63,673 nt of DNA, filler included, from Phoronis australis (GCA_002633005.1; 3 parts of 3 records of this genome joined end to end with filler, not necessarily neighbours in it); one strand, 5' to 3'; counted from the whole stretch's first letter, positions 14,038-26,834 are shown. Translations and numbers: made by a program. The notes: generated by a model not told the origin, from the letters alone.

Positions 14038-15229
14038 GTACAACTCTGTGATGGTATACGAGACAAAAAATGCACGCCGCAATGTTTTGTGACTCAACAT
14101 CATGACTCTTAAATCTTAAACCAGTTCAAAAGTTACCGAAGAGTTATTTTTGGTAGCATGCGTCGATGCTCCTGTTCAAATTAAATTTCTGTATTATATA
14201 CGAGGCACACTTTTTGTTTGATTGATCTATCAGTTATCAACGCAGATGTGAGCTCAAAGTGGCAATAAAGTATAAATATGTCACGTAATCTAATTATTGA
14301 TAGTTATTTTCTGAAGCGATGTCAATTGATTTCGTAATTAGTCATTGATTCTAATTATTAAAAAAGCTGATTGTGGCGGAAACATTTTTGTCGAAGTCAC
14401 TAACAGCGTCACAGCTGAGTTTTGTGTCCTGTTGAAGACAGTAATATTGAGAATTTAGCAAAGGATGGTGATGGTGTCGCTGAAGGGGAATGTGAACTAA
14501 GTAGGCCTATAGTAGTATAATTTGTTGTGTTCCACTCTCAACACGACAATGAAAAGATATTGCATTTTAGGTTGCGAAAAGAGCCTTGTGTTTAATAGAT
14601 ATCATCTTACTATATCTCACAACACTGCTAGTTTATACGTGCACAAAATCTGGGTTCAGTTTAATTGGAAATATTTTTAGTATGAACTTTGCTTAAAAGG
14701 ATAGGCTTACTAAACCGTGTTAAAATGATTTTGTCCTAAATCGTTTCGGTCACATACCATTGTATAATTAGTAATTCCCAGGTATGTATTACAAGTGTGT
14801 TCAGCGAATCTGGTTTAATTGAATTTGTAAACACACCTGTAGATACACTTTTCTCCAAATGACGGACCCGTGTAACATAATTGCATTGCTCCTGAGCAAC
14901 CAATGAGGAATGTAGGATATGCGCACAGGAAATTTGGACGTAAGGACGGGCGGTCGGACGGACGGAATAACGCCTACGTACCATTACTATACGTCTTCAC
15001 CTTCGGCATAATTCTGGCCAACCAGTAAGTAGTTTATTTTTTTAAATCATCGAGTCATTCACTCAGAAAATGTGTGGATCCTCAATAACATTAGAATAAG
15101 CAGTACAAATTGGATCCAACAGGTTTCTTACAACATCTGGATACCTTACCTTTAAATTACACGTGATTTATAAGGCGAATTATTTCTCACTACAGATAAA
15201 AAGAGTCACTGTTATAAAATACACATTTA

Positions 15230-15840
15230 TTAACCAAACCAGAACAAACACAGAAACTATGATTCCATACTTGTTAGTTACTGATGGACATATTATACTT
15301 AACCTCATTTATTTCTAGTTTCAAAATGAGCAAATTACAATGGCTGCACTTCTTTTCATTCTTATTGCATGTAAGATAAGAAGTAGCATTACAAATAAGA
15401 TTACTTAATATACGCACATCCAGCTACACACACATACACCCGCGCGCGTGGCTTCCAAATTTGGTTTGGTTGAAGGTTTTTCAGTCTTCTTTTGTATACG
15501 TGTAGTTTCTCGAGACAAATTTTTAACTTACATATTTTTGGTCCGTCAAATTACCAAAAAATATCTACGGACATTATTTCAAAAGCTTGACCCGTTTTAC
15601 GACAAGTCCATTCCCTAAACGACATTCAAAAGATTGTACAATATCACAAGACCAGTGCAAATGGAGGTCATTTGACTCATGTTTACAGAAAGAGCAATTA
15701 ACGTTTGGTAAAATTCCAATCTTGTCAAGATAAGTATTTGTACTTACAGTTGTATGAGTAATTCTGAACTGGAACCACATTAAATTGGTGTCTTAAGTAA
15801 AAGTAATTGAACAATTGTAGGCTTTTTTCCACCACTCTCT
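15230..15840 (-). mobile_element. L1/Tx1-type LINE ORF2 3' fragment (zf-RVT region)
   Basis: WFQFRITHTTVSTNTYLDKIGILPNVNCSFCKHESNDLHLHWSC matches the C-terminal CxxC..E...H..W.C zinc-binding region of L1/Tx1 ORF2. 5'-truncated. Confidence 0.75.
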
Positions 15841-16449
15841 AGTTGTTGTTGTTGTTATTAGACCCTGGAAAACAATGGCTGCACTTGGTTCCGCCTGGTC
15901 ATGCGGCTAAAACATCTCACTGGTCTGTAAGCCAGAAGACGTCATCGAGAACCAAGGAGATGTCTCAGCCGATTGTCCAGGTTGAGCCGACGAAGTCAAT
16001 CAAGTGTAACCAATAAACTGTGCTTCAGTCATTTCCTTTCCAAAAAACCTTAAAGTTGACAAGAAAAGCACAAACAGTGAAAAGTTGATCAGCAATATCT
16101 TTCGTTGACAAAACTTTACCGCCAGCAATACCATAAGAGTAAATCGTTTGCCTCGCTCTTTCAGTGTGCATCCGAACTCGCGAGATTGTTTTCAGACGCC
16201 TTAAAGGCGAAGACAACCTTTTTTCGTGTCATTTTGAGCTAAAATAAGGTTGATTGGTTATCCTAGACAGCTTTTCGTAATTTAATTAATTACTCGTCTC
16301 CTACTCCGGAAGTGACGTTTTGGGAGGCAAGCATTTCGCACCAATTTCTTTTCATATAGTCTGACTGTGAGAGCTGCTGAGTCAGTCATTGTTCTACCTC
16401 GGTTGTGTTAGTTCCGTCGTCGTTTGCTTTCATTTACTAGTCAGTCAAC

Positions 16450-18867
16450 ATGCCACACTGTTGCTGCGTACCGGGATGTACTAATTATCGTCTCACGCGC
16501 GCTTTGGGAGAACCTTTCCATCGCTTTCCGAAGGATGACACACTTCGCCGTACTTGGCTCGTTCGTGTGAAGAACGCAGCGTTACCCGTCCACGCAACGT
16601 ACAAAGCAGTGGAGAATTACCGAGTGTGTGGCAAGCACTTTCTACCGTCCGATTACGAAAGAGATTTGTACGCTGAACTAACGAAGGTCCCTGCGAAACA
16701 ACGCCTGAAGAAGGGTGCCATTCCGTCTGTGTTGATTGCCGGCAGTGCCCCGTCGCCAGAGCGGTCCGCCAAGTATACAAAATAAAAAATAGTGTGCCAG
16801 ATTGATATTTTGCTTGTTATTCAGTCCTGGCTAAGTAGTTGAGCTTTTGAAATTGGTGGTTATTATCTCATTGGTTATTTCATTGTAATTAGATTGTAGA
16901 CTGAATAAAGCCTTTAAAAATGTCCATTTCTGCACTTTGCTTGTTTAGTTAACAATTACATTACTAAAAAGATCAGTATGTTTATACATTAGCTTTCAAA
17001 AAAGTTGACTAAATCTCTTTAGGCTGAAAATTGGCGCAATTTTTGAGGACATGATCTCGGTTCATTTTTAAGTGATTTACTGTTATTTTGGATTTCTTTC
17101 AAGGTTTCCCCAAAACTTCGACGAAACTAGCCGAATTTAGACATTTTTCGTCAATTTCTTTAAAACGATGTAGTGCAGTCCGACCATTTGCATGAACTGT
17201 AAATAAGAAATTCACTCAATTCCAGAAGTTGAAGCGAACTTGGCTGTCAATACTGCACCACATCCGAGGCATTCACACTTGGGAGGACGAAGATGGAACT
17301 GTAAAGAGGTGTCAGCACGAACCGCTGTCTGAAGAAAAGCAAAGGCTGACAATGTGGCTTCAAGAAGGTTCCTCCGCGTACAGGGCTCTGAGAAAGATTG
17401 TTACTGCTCCAGCCCTCCTAAAGGACCTCCACCAAATGACACAGTTCAAGCACACGAGTAAGTAAATGTACAATGGTATGTGCAAACTGAAATTCATTTA
17501 TTCCCATCTAAAGTACTATATCAGATTCCAGTACATTTATTTGTTCATTCCTTGGTGTGTTCGACTTACCACTACTTGAGTCGGGCTTACGCATATGCAT
17601 ATTTTAAGGTTGTTGTAAGCATTGGAAACTGGCAATGTATTGTTTGTAGAACACGAGACCAAAAAAGCAGAATTGGTTATGGTCTGTTTTTTGGGTGACC
17701 GATGGTGTGATGAATCTTCTTGTTTCAATGTATTTTCAAGCTCAACTGAAATGAGGTGGTATTGAGAACGCAGGTTTCAAAATGAGTCGGGTTACTGACC
17801 AGAACCAATTATGACTTTTTGGCCTTACGCAATTTAGTAGTACATGGTGTATTTAAAATATTGTTTGATACGCAATATACTGTGTGTGTTTTCCAGGCAT
17901 CCTGGAGTCATTCCATTGTACAGTGCTGAAGTTTGCCCCCAAGCCACTTCACTTCGCATTCCCAGCGATGCAGGCTAGGATGCAGCTGGCAGTCCTGGAC
18001 CACAAATTCAATGTCGGCCGCATGCAGGCTACAGATGATGAAGGTGACTATGAGCTGTACACAGTATTTTGATTGCGGCGAAATCACACTACGAAATTGA
18101 GTTGGCTGGTGAATTTCAACTGAAAACCGTTCATTAGGCACTGGATACTTTCAGAAACACCCGCGTGGATGTCACATACACCAATTTAGGGATAAGGACC
18201 CCTCTAGAGTGAGGAACAAAATAATGCCGCTCTAAATTGTGGTCAAAATCCACTACTTGTCCCTGAATTTGTGGTTGGGCCACCCTCAGTGAGGTCATAG
18301 ACCCGCCACTGTGGCAAACATTCTTTTAGCGTAGTTTGTCAATTCCAATTGATAATGAAAACCTACTACTGTTAACAGATATTGTCACAATATGTTTGCT
18401 TTTGTTCAGTTTCGTCCATAGTTATTTTAACTACAACCAAAAAACACATCAGTCACTAGACATTTTATGATACTTCAATGTTCACTGTAGCAGAGTTATG
18501 CACCAGCTAAAAGTGACTTCTTATCCATACAATGTTGTCAGATATATTTTATATATTTTCATTTGCATTTATACCGTTCACATTTCATGGCACACAATTT
18601 CTTGCCGTTTCTTCAAAACAATGTTAGAAGTATTCATTTGTTTCAGGCCAACCAAGATATAGATTTGAAGTCCCAAAGGGTGCCTTTGGCGACTGGGTGG
18701 CTAAGCGTGTCTTTGAGCCAAAGAACCACGGCTATGCATTGGCGATGCTAGAGGTGTTCGAGAGGCGACTGGATGAGGGAGTTGTCTACCACAGCGAGGA
18801 GTTTCAACTTCGAGTAAGACCTCTGCCGACAAACATTGCAAGGACTGCCCAGAAGCTACACTTATGA
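16450..18867 (+). pseudogene. Kolobok transposase remnant (THAP exon 16450-~16775; exons 17226-17457, 17897-18043, 18647-18867)
   Basis: THAP C2CH (CCVPGC..FHRFP..W..VCGKHF..AIPS). H2CH motif (ILHHIRGIH..CQH). HTSILESFH carries the putative third catalytic residue. The last three exons have GT-AG boundaries in matching phase. The central D..D core is absent. Confidence 0.8.
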
Positions 18868-19879
18868 CCGACGAATTCCGCACACGAAACCCGCCCTGGT
18901 GCTTCTGCAATTCAGAACTTTTGTTTTTGCTCAAAAATGATGTCATTCTCTGAACAGAAATTAACTAAACTAAACTCATGATATTTGTTAGTTTACATTT
19001 TGTAATTTTGATCAGATCGTGGATGTTATGCATTGAGGTCACACCATCTTTTTGACAGTTTGCTATACCATGTCTCCAAATGTGTAACAGAGCGTAGGTC
19101 GGAAACCCTGTTTGATAAATATCGTTAGTCACCAGGTTGTACATTTAGTTTAAATTGATGAAACCAGGTGAAACTTGTATTTTGAAAGTCAACAAAGCAC
19201 TGAAAACTTACATGTTATCAAGGAATTTCCACCATATTTTCTGTTAGCTACGTTTTCAATATTTGCAAGTTTTTTCATTGATTCGAGTCATCTTGAGAAT
19301 ATAAGCATAATGTACAACTAATTTTGTGTGTGATCCCTGAGAACACTTATTCAGGTTGTTGAATTGTGCAGTCTTATTTCGCATTTTCACGTACAGTAGT
19401 TTTCAAAAAAGTAGATGACTAGCATCGAAATTGGTCTAACTTCATCGTAGTTGTGACAAAATTCTTGAAAAGAACTTCAGGAAATAAAGTTGATTAATCA
19501 TTTGCAAATTTCTCAAAACTATTTCCTCCAAAAAGTTGCCAAGTTTAGATGTGTAGAGATTTCATCAACAATATTTGGAATACTACTGCACTCGTCCTCT
19601 GAGAACAATGCGAGAATAAAAATGTTCTCACTGAATGAGAGCCTGTAATTTCCCAGTGCGACTTCAAGTTATAGTTGTTCTCAAAAGTGAAATTTATCAC
19701 CTTTACAATAAATGAATGCCAGGTTCACAATACCCTGCAAACTGGAATCAAAGAAAGTAAGGTACATGTAAGTTAAGTATAATCTATTTTTTGAAACAAA
19801 CAATGACAGAAGGTAGTTAAAATTAAGAGACACTTGTATCTGTATAACATAAAATGGTAATTTGACTCATGCTAACTGT

Positions 19880-21621
19880 TCACTCAAAGTCCAAATCAGC
19901 CAAACGAAATCCAGTGTACTCGTCCTCTGCTGGAAAGCGATTCAGGCAAGTAGGCAGCACTGTTTGCCTTTTGCGCCCCAATTTTTTTCCTCGTTGCAAC
20001 CAGTCAAATATTATTCGATAGGCAACTAATCTCATTTGCCTGTAAACAGAAAATGGTATATTTAGAAACTGTTTTAGTAAATTAATGTTAAAATAGGCAC
20101 GAGCCCCTTTTCAACCCCCATGTGTAATCTCACGATTCACCACCTACAAAGTATCAGCAAAATACTGTAAATTCTTTGTAACAAGACCACGCTTATCAGA
20201 CGGACTTTGATCTCCAGCGCAAAATTAGCAGCATTGTATTGAAACCTGAAAGCGCCTTTGTCACCAATATGACCAAAAAAGCATTGTTCACTAAACTAAT
20301 AATAGCAAAATGATGTAATAATAATTATAGTAAGAACAGCCGAAGAAATAGACTTTAGAAGTGCCCCAGGGTACGTACTCTATAGATGTGACAGAGCCAA
20401 TCAGGAGGTTCACTTTTTGAATAGAAAACAAAAATGTGGCAGGGTCCATTTCGCACCAAAATCTTGAATGGGGTGCATTGTTTTGGTCGTAAAAGACCCG
20501 GAAGGTGAAATATTGAGGGATACACTACTGCAGTGGGCTAAATGCGTAGGAAAAAACTACGATATGTAAAAAATGGACATTTCTGCAACCTTGAGCAGCA
20601 CATCCTGGCTGTGGGTTCTCTCCATGTTCTTTAGTAGGCAGGTGTTGCTGAGAGTGACAAGTCAAAATCCAGATGAATGTAAGTCAGACAATAAAATGGG
20701 TTCCAGAGACAATATCAAAAATCCTACCGAAACGATGAAAACACTAACCGAGACGATACAGTCCAAATGAAGTTCAAGACAACGCCAATACAAAAATATC
20801 GCAGACATTACCTCAATACCTGTAGAGCAAACTATCCAACGGAGAAAATATGGCAGCACGTCCCTAACCTACTCCTCATATGGAAGAATACCCCCGGAGC
20901 ACACGTTACTATACCAAAGTTCTATTGCAAGCTAATGGTTGGGAATATTTTATACAACCTCAGACTAACTGTCGCGAACCATTGATACAACAAGATAGTG
21001 GCCTGTGTTCTGCCTTGAGAGACCTCTGTCTGTATTTCGGGCGAGTCACAAGTACGACAAGATAATCCATAATTGGGAGTATTTTTTCAACATAATACTG
21101 GCCTGTGTTCTTATTTTATAGCATAATACCAGGATTTACAATCAGAATGGCTTTATTTTTACTTACGCATTCGTCAGTCTTCCGCCAAGCCCCCTTGGAT
21201 TCGGAAACCTCCTCCAGTTGGCTCTGTGACTTCGAAAGAAGGTGTCTAGCACACCAGCATTCACATGGGCTGCGAAGTCAGGGTGCTGTGTTAAGCAAGG
21301 CACGGGAAAAGTAGACACAGTGTCCAGTATTGGATTGGCCTCGTCGAACTCTGAACAGCACAAGCATTCCATTGAGGTAGGCATAACAACGCACACAGTG
21401 CATTTGCACCAAGATGTGTCACCACGTCTGTCCTCAGTCGCCGCCTCGTTCCTCTCAACAGCTGCCTGTGCCTGTGCGTACTCTGCCTCGTTATACTCGG
21501 GCTCAAACATGTACCCACCCACTGAATGTCAGTTAAAAAATTCTTCATCACCACTGCTGTGAACAAGGTCTCCGTCACTCACACTACTGTCACTGTGATA
21601 CGGGTCACCGACTCCAGCCAT
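19880..21621 (-). pseudogene. KolX / P2X7 ballast-like Zn-binding protein (exons 21621-21167 and 20039-19880)
   Basis: WCKCTVCVVMPTSMECLCCSE..CLTQHPDF spliced (phase 2, GT-AG) to QMRLVAYRIIFDW..LGRKRQTVLPTC..RFP..EYTGF, matching the P2X7 C-terminal ballast pattern (WCxCxxC, CC, AYR..W, LPSC, FP..YSGF). In-frame TGA at 21531-21529 after the first ATG; an ATG at 21510 still opens the whole domain. Confidence 0.85.
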
Positions 21622-23767
21622 TTTCAACTTACCACACTCTACACAATCCCCAAATCCAACGTAGTTGAGTTCTCTACTAACCTATCTTGCCGCAGAATAC
21701 TCGCCGATGGAAAGAGGTGACGACAAATTTTGCAAAACAGCACAAAACAAACGTAAAACAGATTCTCACGGTAAACTCAACGCAGAACCAAGTGGCGGGA
21801 AACGCTTGCCTCCTAAAACGTCACTTCCGGAGTAGCGGACGAGTAATTAATAAAATTACGAAAAGCTGTAATTAAGTGGAAAATACGTCTAGGATAACCA
21901 ACCAACCTTATTTTAGCTCAAAACGGCATGAAAAAAGGTTGCCTCGTCTTTAATTTCTTGATTGTTTTAAAAGCTTTGACCGTTCAATACCTTTGAAAGC
22001 TGGAATAACGAAGTTTCCCCCATGTCATTTAGAACAGCCTGGATAAGACACCCACGGTCCGTTATGACGGAGCACTAGCGATCATATAAACTGTTTGCAG
22101 AATATAAGTTTATCAGAAGACCTCCATCCATACATGCGACTAACGTAATGCTCGTCTGAGACTCAGGCAAACAAGAAATCCGTATGTATTGCAGCGCTTA
22201 TGAGTTGAGAATGCCTGTTTATGAGCATCCAATCTGCTAGCAGTGTGAACAATCCAAAATTGCACGCATATTAAGTCATGGTGGCAGAGTGACTATACAG
22301 TCAATTCTCCTTTTTATGACCACTCGTGCAACAAAGTGTACATTGCAAGAAATGAAAACAGGGTTGTCAGTTTCAGAAGAGAAACTGAAAGGTCGATTCA
22401 GGTCTTTTTAACACTCATTCCATCGTCATAAAAACTTTCTGCGGAGCTGTAGAGTGTGTTATGTTCCTCCAGTGTTCAAGTCTGTTCATATACTTAGTTA
22501 TTTCAGGCATATACTTGACCAGACCAACAACACACTCTTGTTTGCCAACAACATAGTCATAAGGGGTGTTCCTCAACAACTGCTTCTAGAACTTCAATAA
22601 GCGGTCTTCCATTACTTGATGGCTCAACTAACTTTCGACGCTTTTTCGCATAAAATGGAGAGGCATTGGCTAATTCCTTCAACGGCAAAGCAGGTGGTTT
22701 ACAGGAACTTGGAAGTTTGAAGACGAAAATATGCTGGACAAATCTTGCTACTTCTCTTTCCTAGAAAAAAACAACAGAATTTCAAAACAAACTAAACTGA
22801 GTTCAGTACTAAAAAACGAAACTCCACTCTTGCTTAGACAGTGTTAGTTGGCCTTGCTGCATTCTAGATTATTAATAATTCCTTGAATTAAACACTTTGA
22901 TATAGTCTTAAAAATCAAAAAAGAGTGCCCAATTCATCCCCTTGGTCCTTTGGGATGTAGTCATTCTAGTCTATAAGTTTCCATTATTATCAAATGAACA
23001 AAGTAGAAGTTGGAGCTCATATTTACCGTTCACAAAATGATCGGAGCAGACCACATCTCAATACCGCGGATCGCAATCGCAGAGGGGCCTCCAGCCAAAG
23101 CTTTCGTTACCTTGAGCCCTCCGCTGGGCAGCACTGACACTTTTGCTTTCACATTTCCTGATGGTCACTCCCGTTTGAATAGAGCATTGAGGTACACAAA
23201 AAATGTCTTTGCCGTTGTCTTTCTTGACGGATTCGCAAATTCGAGCTCTACCTAGTAGCTGATCAGCTAGCACACGATAAAAGACAACGCGTTGGCGCAA
23301 GACAAAATGGGTAACCGTGAGCAGCATGGTCTTTGAAGATGTTGCTGCAAGGGGCTTTAACTTTTACTAAACTTGGGCGGAAAGCTTTAGTAATTTCAAT
23401 AAACAAGCCTGTTTCAATACGAAGGCAAAACATATGACGTACAGAAATAGATTTGGAGATGGACTTAGACTCATTCATTTTGTGTAGCAGCGTTTATAAA
23501 AATCACCATATCAGGCAAAGTAGGCGTCAGATGTTCTCCGTAACCTATAATGCACGACCACTGGCAATACTATGAAAGGTAGTGAGAATTTCTTTAATCG
23601 TGCCTGTTCATAGAATAATTACCCTAATGTGGTAATTATGCTGTGTCTAAAAAGTGAAGTATAGCCTTATTAGCAGCTTTGGTACAAAGTGGTATCAGCA
23701 TATGTTCAGTCACACCCAACTAGATGGCTGGCTAGGTTCGGGGTGATAGACTCTGGCACGTTCTTAC

Positions 23768-23860
23768 CTTAACTTCGACAGAGCCCCTGTGCGTTGTGGT
23801 GTATTTGGAGTCGCTGTTCAGCAACTGTTCCGTCGAGTTACTTATGTGGATCTTCATTCC
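23768..23860 (-). CDS. Soluble guanylyl cyclase exon
   Basis: cacag|GMKIHISNSTEQLLNSDSKYTTTHRGSVEVK|gtaag; 93 nt, phase 0-0. Confidence 0.92.
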
Positions 23861-24051
23861 CTGTGTTTAAAATGGCCAATAATGTTGATTCGATAACGGC
23901 TTTGAGATGAAACACAGGAAAAGTTTTTAGCACGGGATGTCAACAACACTTACACTATGGACAGAATACACAAAAAAAAACATTGGCAACATTATGTGTA
24001 GGTTACTGTTCGATCAATTGTAAACCTATCTCAGACCAGATTACTGATTAC

Positions 24052-24161
24052 CTCCCCTGTGCTCTCCATCCGGGATGCTGTGTTGACAGTGTCCCCGAAA
24101 AGACAGTAGCGTGGCATCTTTAGGCCCACCACACCAGCAACAACAGGACCAGAGTGCATGC
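24052..24161 (-). CDS. Soluble guanylyl cyclase catalytic exon
   Basis: ttttag|[37 protein letters not shown]|gtaatc: the canonical guanylyl cyclase signature. Confidence 0.97.
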
Positions 24162-24714
24162 CTAAAACGGAACACGTGCTACTTCCAATAAATATCGACA
24201 ATTTTTTTGCAGTTCAATTTCTTTGGGAAAGACGTAATACAGGGGTCTGTTTCACGAGAAGTGACTTGAAACTTAAGACAGAAATCTGGTCTTACGCTCC
24301 ACTTTCACCGTTGACAAATAAAGGTTTAGCCATGTGATTATTAGCTCATCGCAGCCTGGAAATGATTTGTACACACTTTTTCAGTAATGAACCATTATGG
24401 CTGCATTCTCAAGATACTTTATTACTTTGCCGAAACCAGTTTAAAGTATTTTCCAGAAATAGTTATGTGGAGCGTAAGAGCACATTTTTGTCTTCATTCA
24501 TGTTTTATGATTAAGAACCAAGGGTATCACCATCCCAGAAAAATAACAATGGACAAGAGTTAATGCGTTTCTAACGGAATAAATATGATGCTGTGACCAA
24601 CCCAAGAAACAGAAAAGTACTGAACACAATAGACAAACTTAGCCGAAATCCAAAATATACAATATTTGTCCCCCTCGTACCATTGTCCGTAGCAAATAAT
24701 AAAGACTTTCGTAC

Positions 24715-24871
24715 CGCATCGAATGTTCATGAAACCACTCGAGGAAGGCTCTCGGAGGGTGGGAGCAATTGCAATCATGTCTAAAGCCATTTCGGCGCAG
24801 CATTGTGCGTGTGAGTTGTTCCTGAGAGGTGCTCCGGAGACGACCATGTAAGAGTCGGCCACTGTTTCAAC
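24715..24871 (-). CDS. Soluble guanylyl cyclase catalytic exon
   Basis: ttag|VETVADSYMVVSGAPLRNNSHAQCCAEMALDM..MNIRC-G|gtacg; 157 nt, phase 0-1, consistent with neighbouring exons. Confidence 0.95.
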
Positions 24872-25065
24872 CTAAGGTGAAAAAGTTTGACTTCGAAGTT
24901 TGCCATGTAAGAAAACGACACACCTGACTTCATTTTACAACATAGAAGATAAATTTGGCTTAATAGCAATTGCTGCTTGATTGTTAAAAATTAGCAAGAG
25001 ATAAAAGAAGCCAGAATGATACTGTTTCCATTGGGGAGTTTTTTAGGATTTTGTTAACGGCTTAC

Positions 25066-25212
25066 CTTGTAAACGTGATGCCTCTCACTAAGCTTGTCAA
25101 ATTTCGTGTACATTGCGTTCAGCATTGAAACTACTTCCATGGGTGATATTTTACTACAGATATCGTCGAAGCCAACGACATCTGAGAACATAACAGTCAC
25201 CATCTTGAAGAC
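25066..25212 (-). CDS. Soluble guanylyl cyclase exon (start of cyclase domain; upstream exons not found)
   Basis: ccag|[49 protein letters not shown]|gtaag; 147 nt. Confidence 0.95.
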
Positions 25213-25480
25213 CTGGACAAGGACGATTGTAAAAATGGGATGTTTAAAAGAGTTCACAGATATGACATAAATACGAGGGGGCACTTGATGACACGTCGTG
25301 ATCGGTTGTGACAGTTAGAAAGACTCTGCAAACTTGGGTTTTGTGTGGCGGCAACAGAAGTGATTGGTTGGTAAGGCTCAGACAAAATCCAGAAGTACCT
25401 AAATGTGGTGGCTTTCCATGTATTTTTTAAGCTACTGTTCTGTTCGAGTGAACTTCACACGAATACCCGATCCCAAATTA

Positions 25481-26830
25481 AACAAGAGCAACGCGGAGCG
25501 TTGAAATGCGCCCACGAATGCACCGAAAACGGTGTGCTTCTAGGGCTGTAAATTTGTTTCATAAAAATAGCCACTAGATGGCGCAAAAACGTCCAACCAT
25601 CTGAAAACGGGAACATGCCAAATTTCATAAAAATCTGTCAAGGAACTTTTAAATTAGAGAAACAAACAAAAACGGAAAAAAATGAAATTACCACTATGGG
25701 GCACAGAATTCATTGGATCCGCCTTAAAGACGTGGTCGTCTGTTGTTAGTTTTATATAAATACAATTACTAAATTTGATAATGATCCTGCAGTGTATTTA
25801 GGAGATGCATCTTTTGGCGCAAAACAAAACAAAACCACCACTAGGTGGCGCCACAGTAGTCAAATTCGTTATCTTCAACCGTTTTCTTCACACTGACAAC
25901 ATATAGGCCAATTTTCTAAATCATCCTTAAAATGGTTTGGTTGACCAAGGGGTGGACGCCAAGAAAAACACTCGAAAATAGGAAAAATGGCCTCGATTCC
26001 ATCCGAAAACGGGAGGACAGCATCATCTCAACAATAGATGCCTGTATTCCAAAATTTCTTCTGAAAATCCGTTGAGGACTTTTGAAGATAAAGAGGCAAA
26101 CCTAAAAAACTAAATCTGCCACTAGGGGGTCCACTGATACTCAGATCTGTCAGAAAGTTGTTGTAATCCGTTGTCAACATCATATAAATGCACTTGCTAA
26201 AGTTAGCAAAGATCATGCAAACAGTTTAGAAGATACAGCCATGGGCGCAAAAAAACAAAACTGCCACTAGGAGGCGCCACAGTAGTCGCAGTCTTTGGAA
26301 AATCAGGGCCAGCTTCGTAGTAAGAACATATGTTCCAACTTTCACAATCATCCTTAAAGCGGTTTGGTTGATAGAGGGTTGAACGCCAAAGAAACAGACT
26401 AAACAACGGTAAAAATGGCCACTAGGTGCAGCAAACTACGTCAAATCCATCTGAAAACGGCAGGATAGCGTCATTTTACTAATAGACGCTTATATGCCAA
26501 ATTTTACGAAAATACGTTGAGGGCCTTCGAAGATATAGAGGTAATCGTAAAAAAATAAAATTGCCGCTAGGGGCACACCGGTAGTCAAATCCGTCCGAAA
26601 GTCGTCGTCATCCATGGTCAACGTCATATAAATAGGCCATCTAAATTTAGTAAAGATCCTGCTAACGATTTAGGAGATACAGCCATGGGCGCAAAAAACT
26701 GCCACTAGGAGGCGCCACAGTAATAGAAATTGGAGATAGAGCAGTGGACGCCCAACGCCGGACGGACGGACGCCGGACGGACGCCGGACGGAAGGACGAT
26801 GATGACGGCATAAATATGTGGGCGCATAAT
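25481..26830. mobile_element. Helentron-associated (HINE/DINE-1-like) element with ~145-bp internal tandem repeats
   Basis: Starts AACAAGAG. Sub-terminal inverted repeat ATGCGCCCAC (25506-25515) / GTGGGCGCAT (26818-26827). (GGAC)n microsatellite at ~26755-26800. Diverged ~140-150-bp units in between. Confidence 0.7.
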
Positions 26831-26834
26831 AAAG

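Larger units (their letters stand above)
16205..21949 (+). mobile_element. Kolobok DNA transposon (internally deleted, non-autonomous) in the guanylyl cyclase intron
   Basis: TTAA at 16201-16204 and 21950-21953. Purine-purine (AG) termini. Imperfect TIRs of ~140-160 bp (16205-16343 vs ~21792-21949). Convergent THAP-transposase and KolX genes inside. Confidence 0.9.

Noticed and set aside
13265-14103. Pairs of near-identical ORFs on opposite strands (also 62366/63008 and 31921/40638)
   Set aside because: Mirror translations of inverted repeat arms, with no protein motifs.
22300-23480. Coding-looking minus-strand stretches in the cyclase intron (e.g. acceptor near 22762)
   Set aside because: Interrupted by stops, no recognisable motif, and the cyclase reading frame is complete without them.
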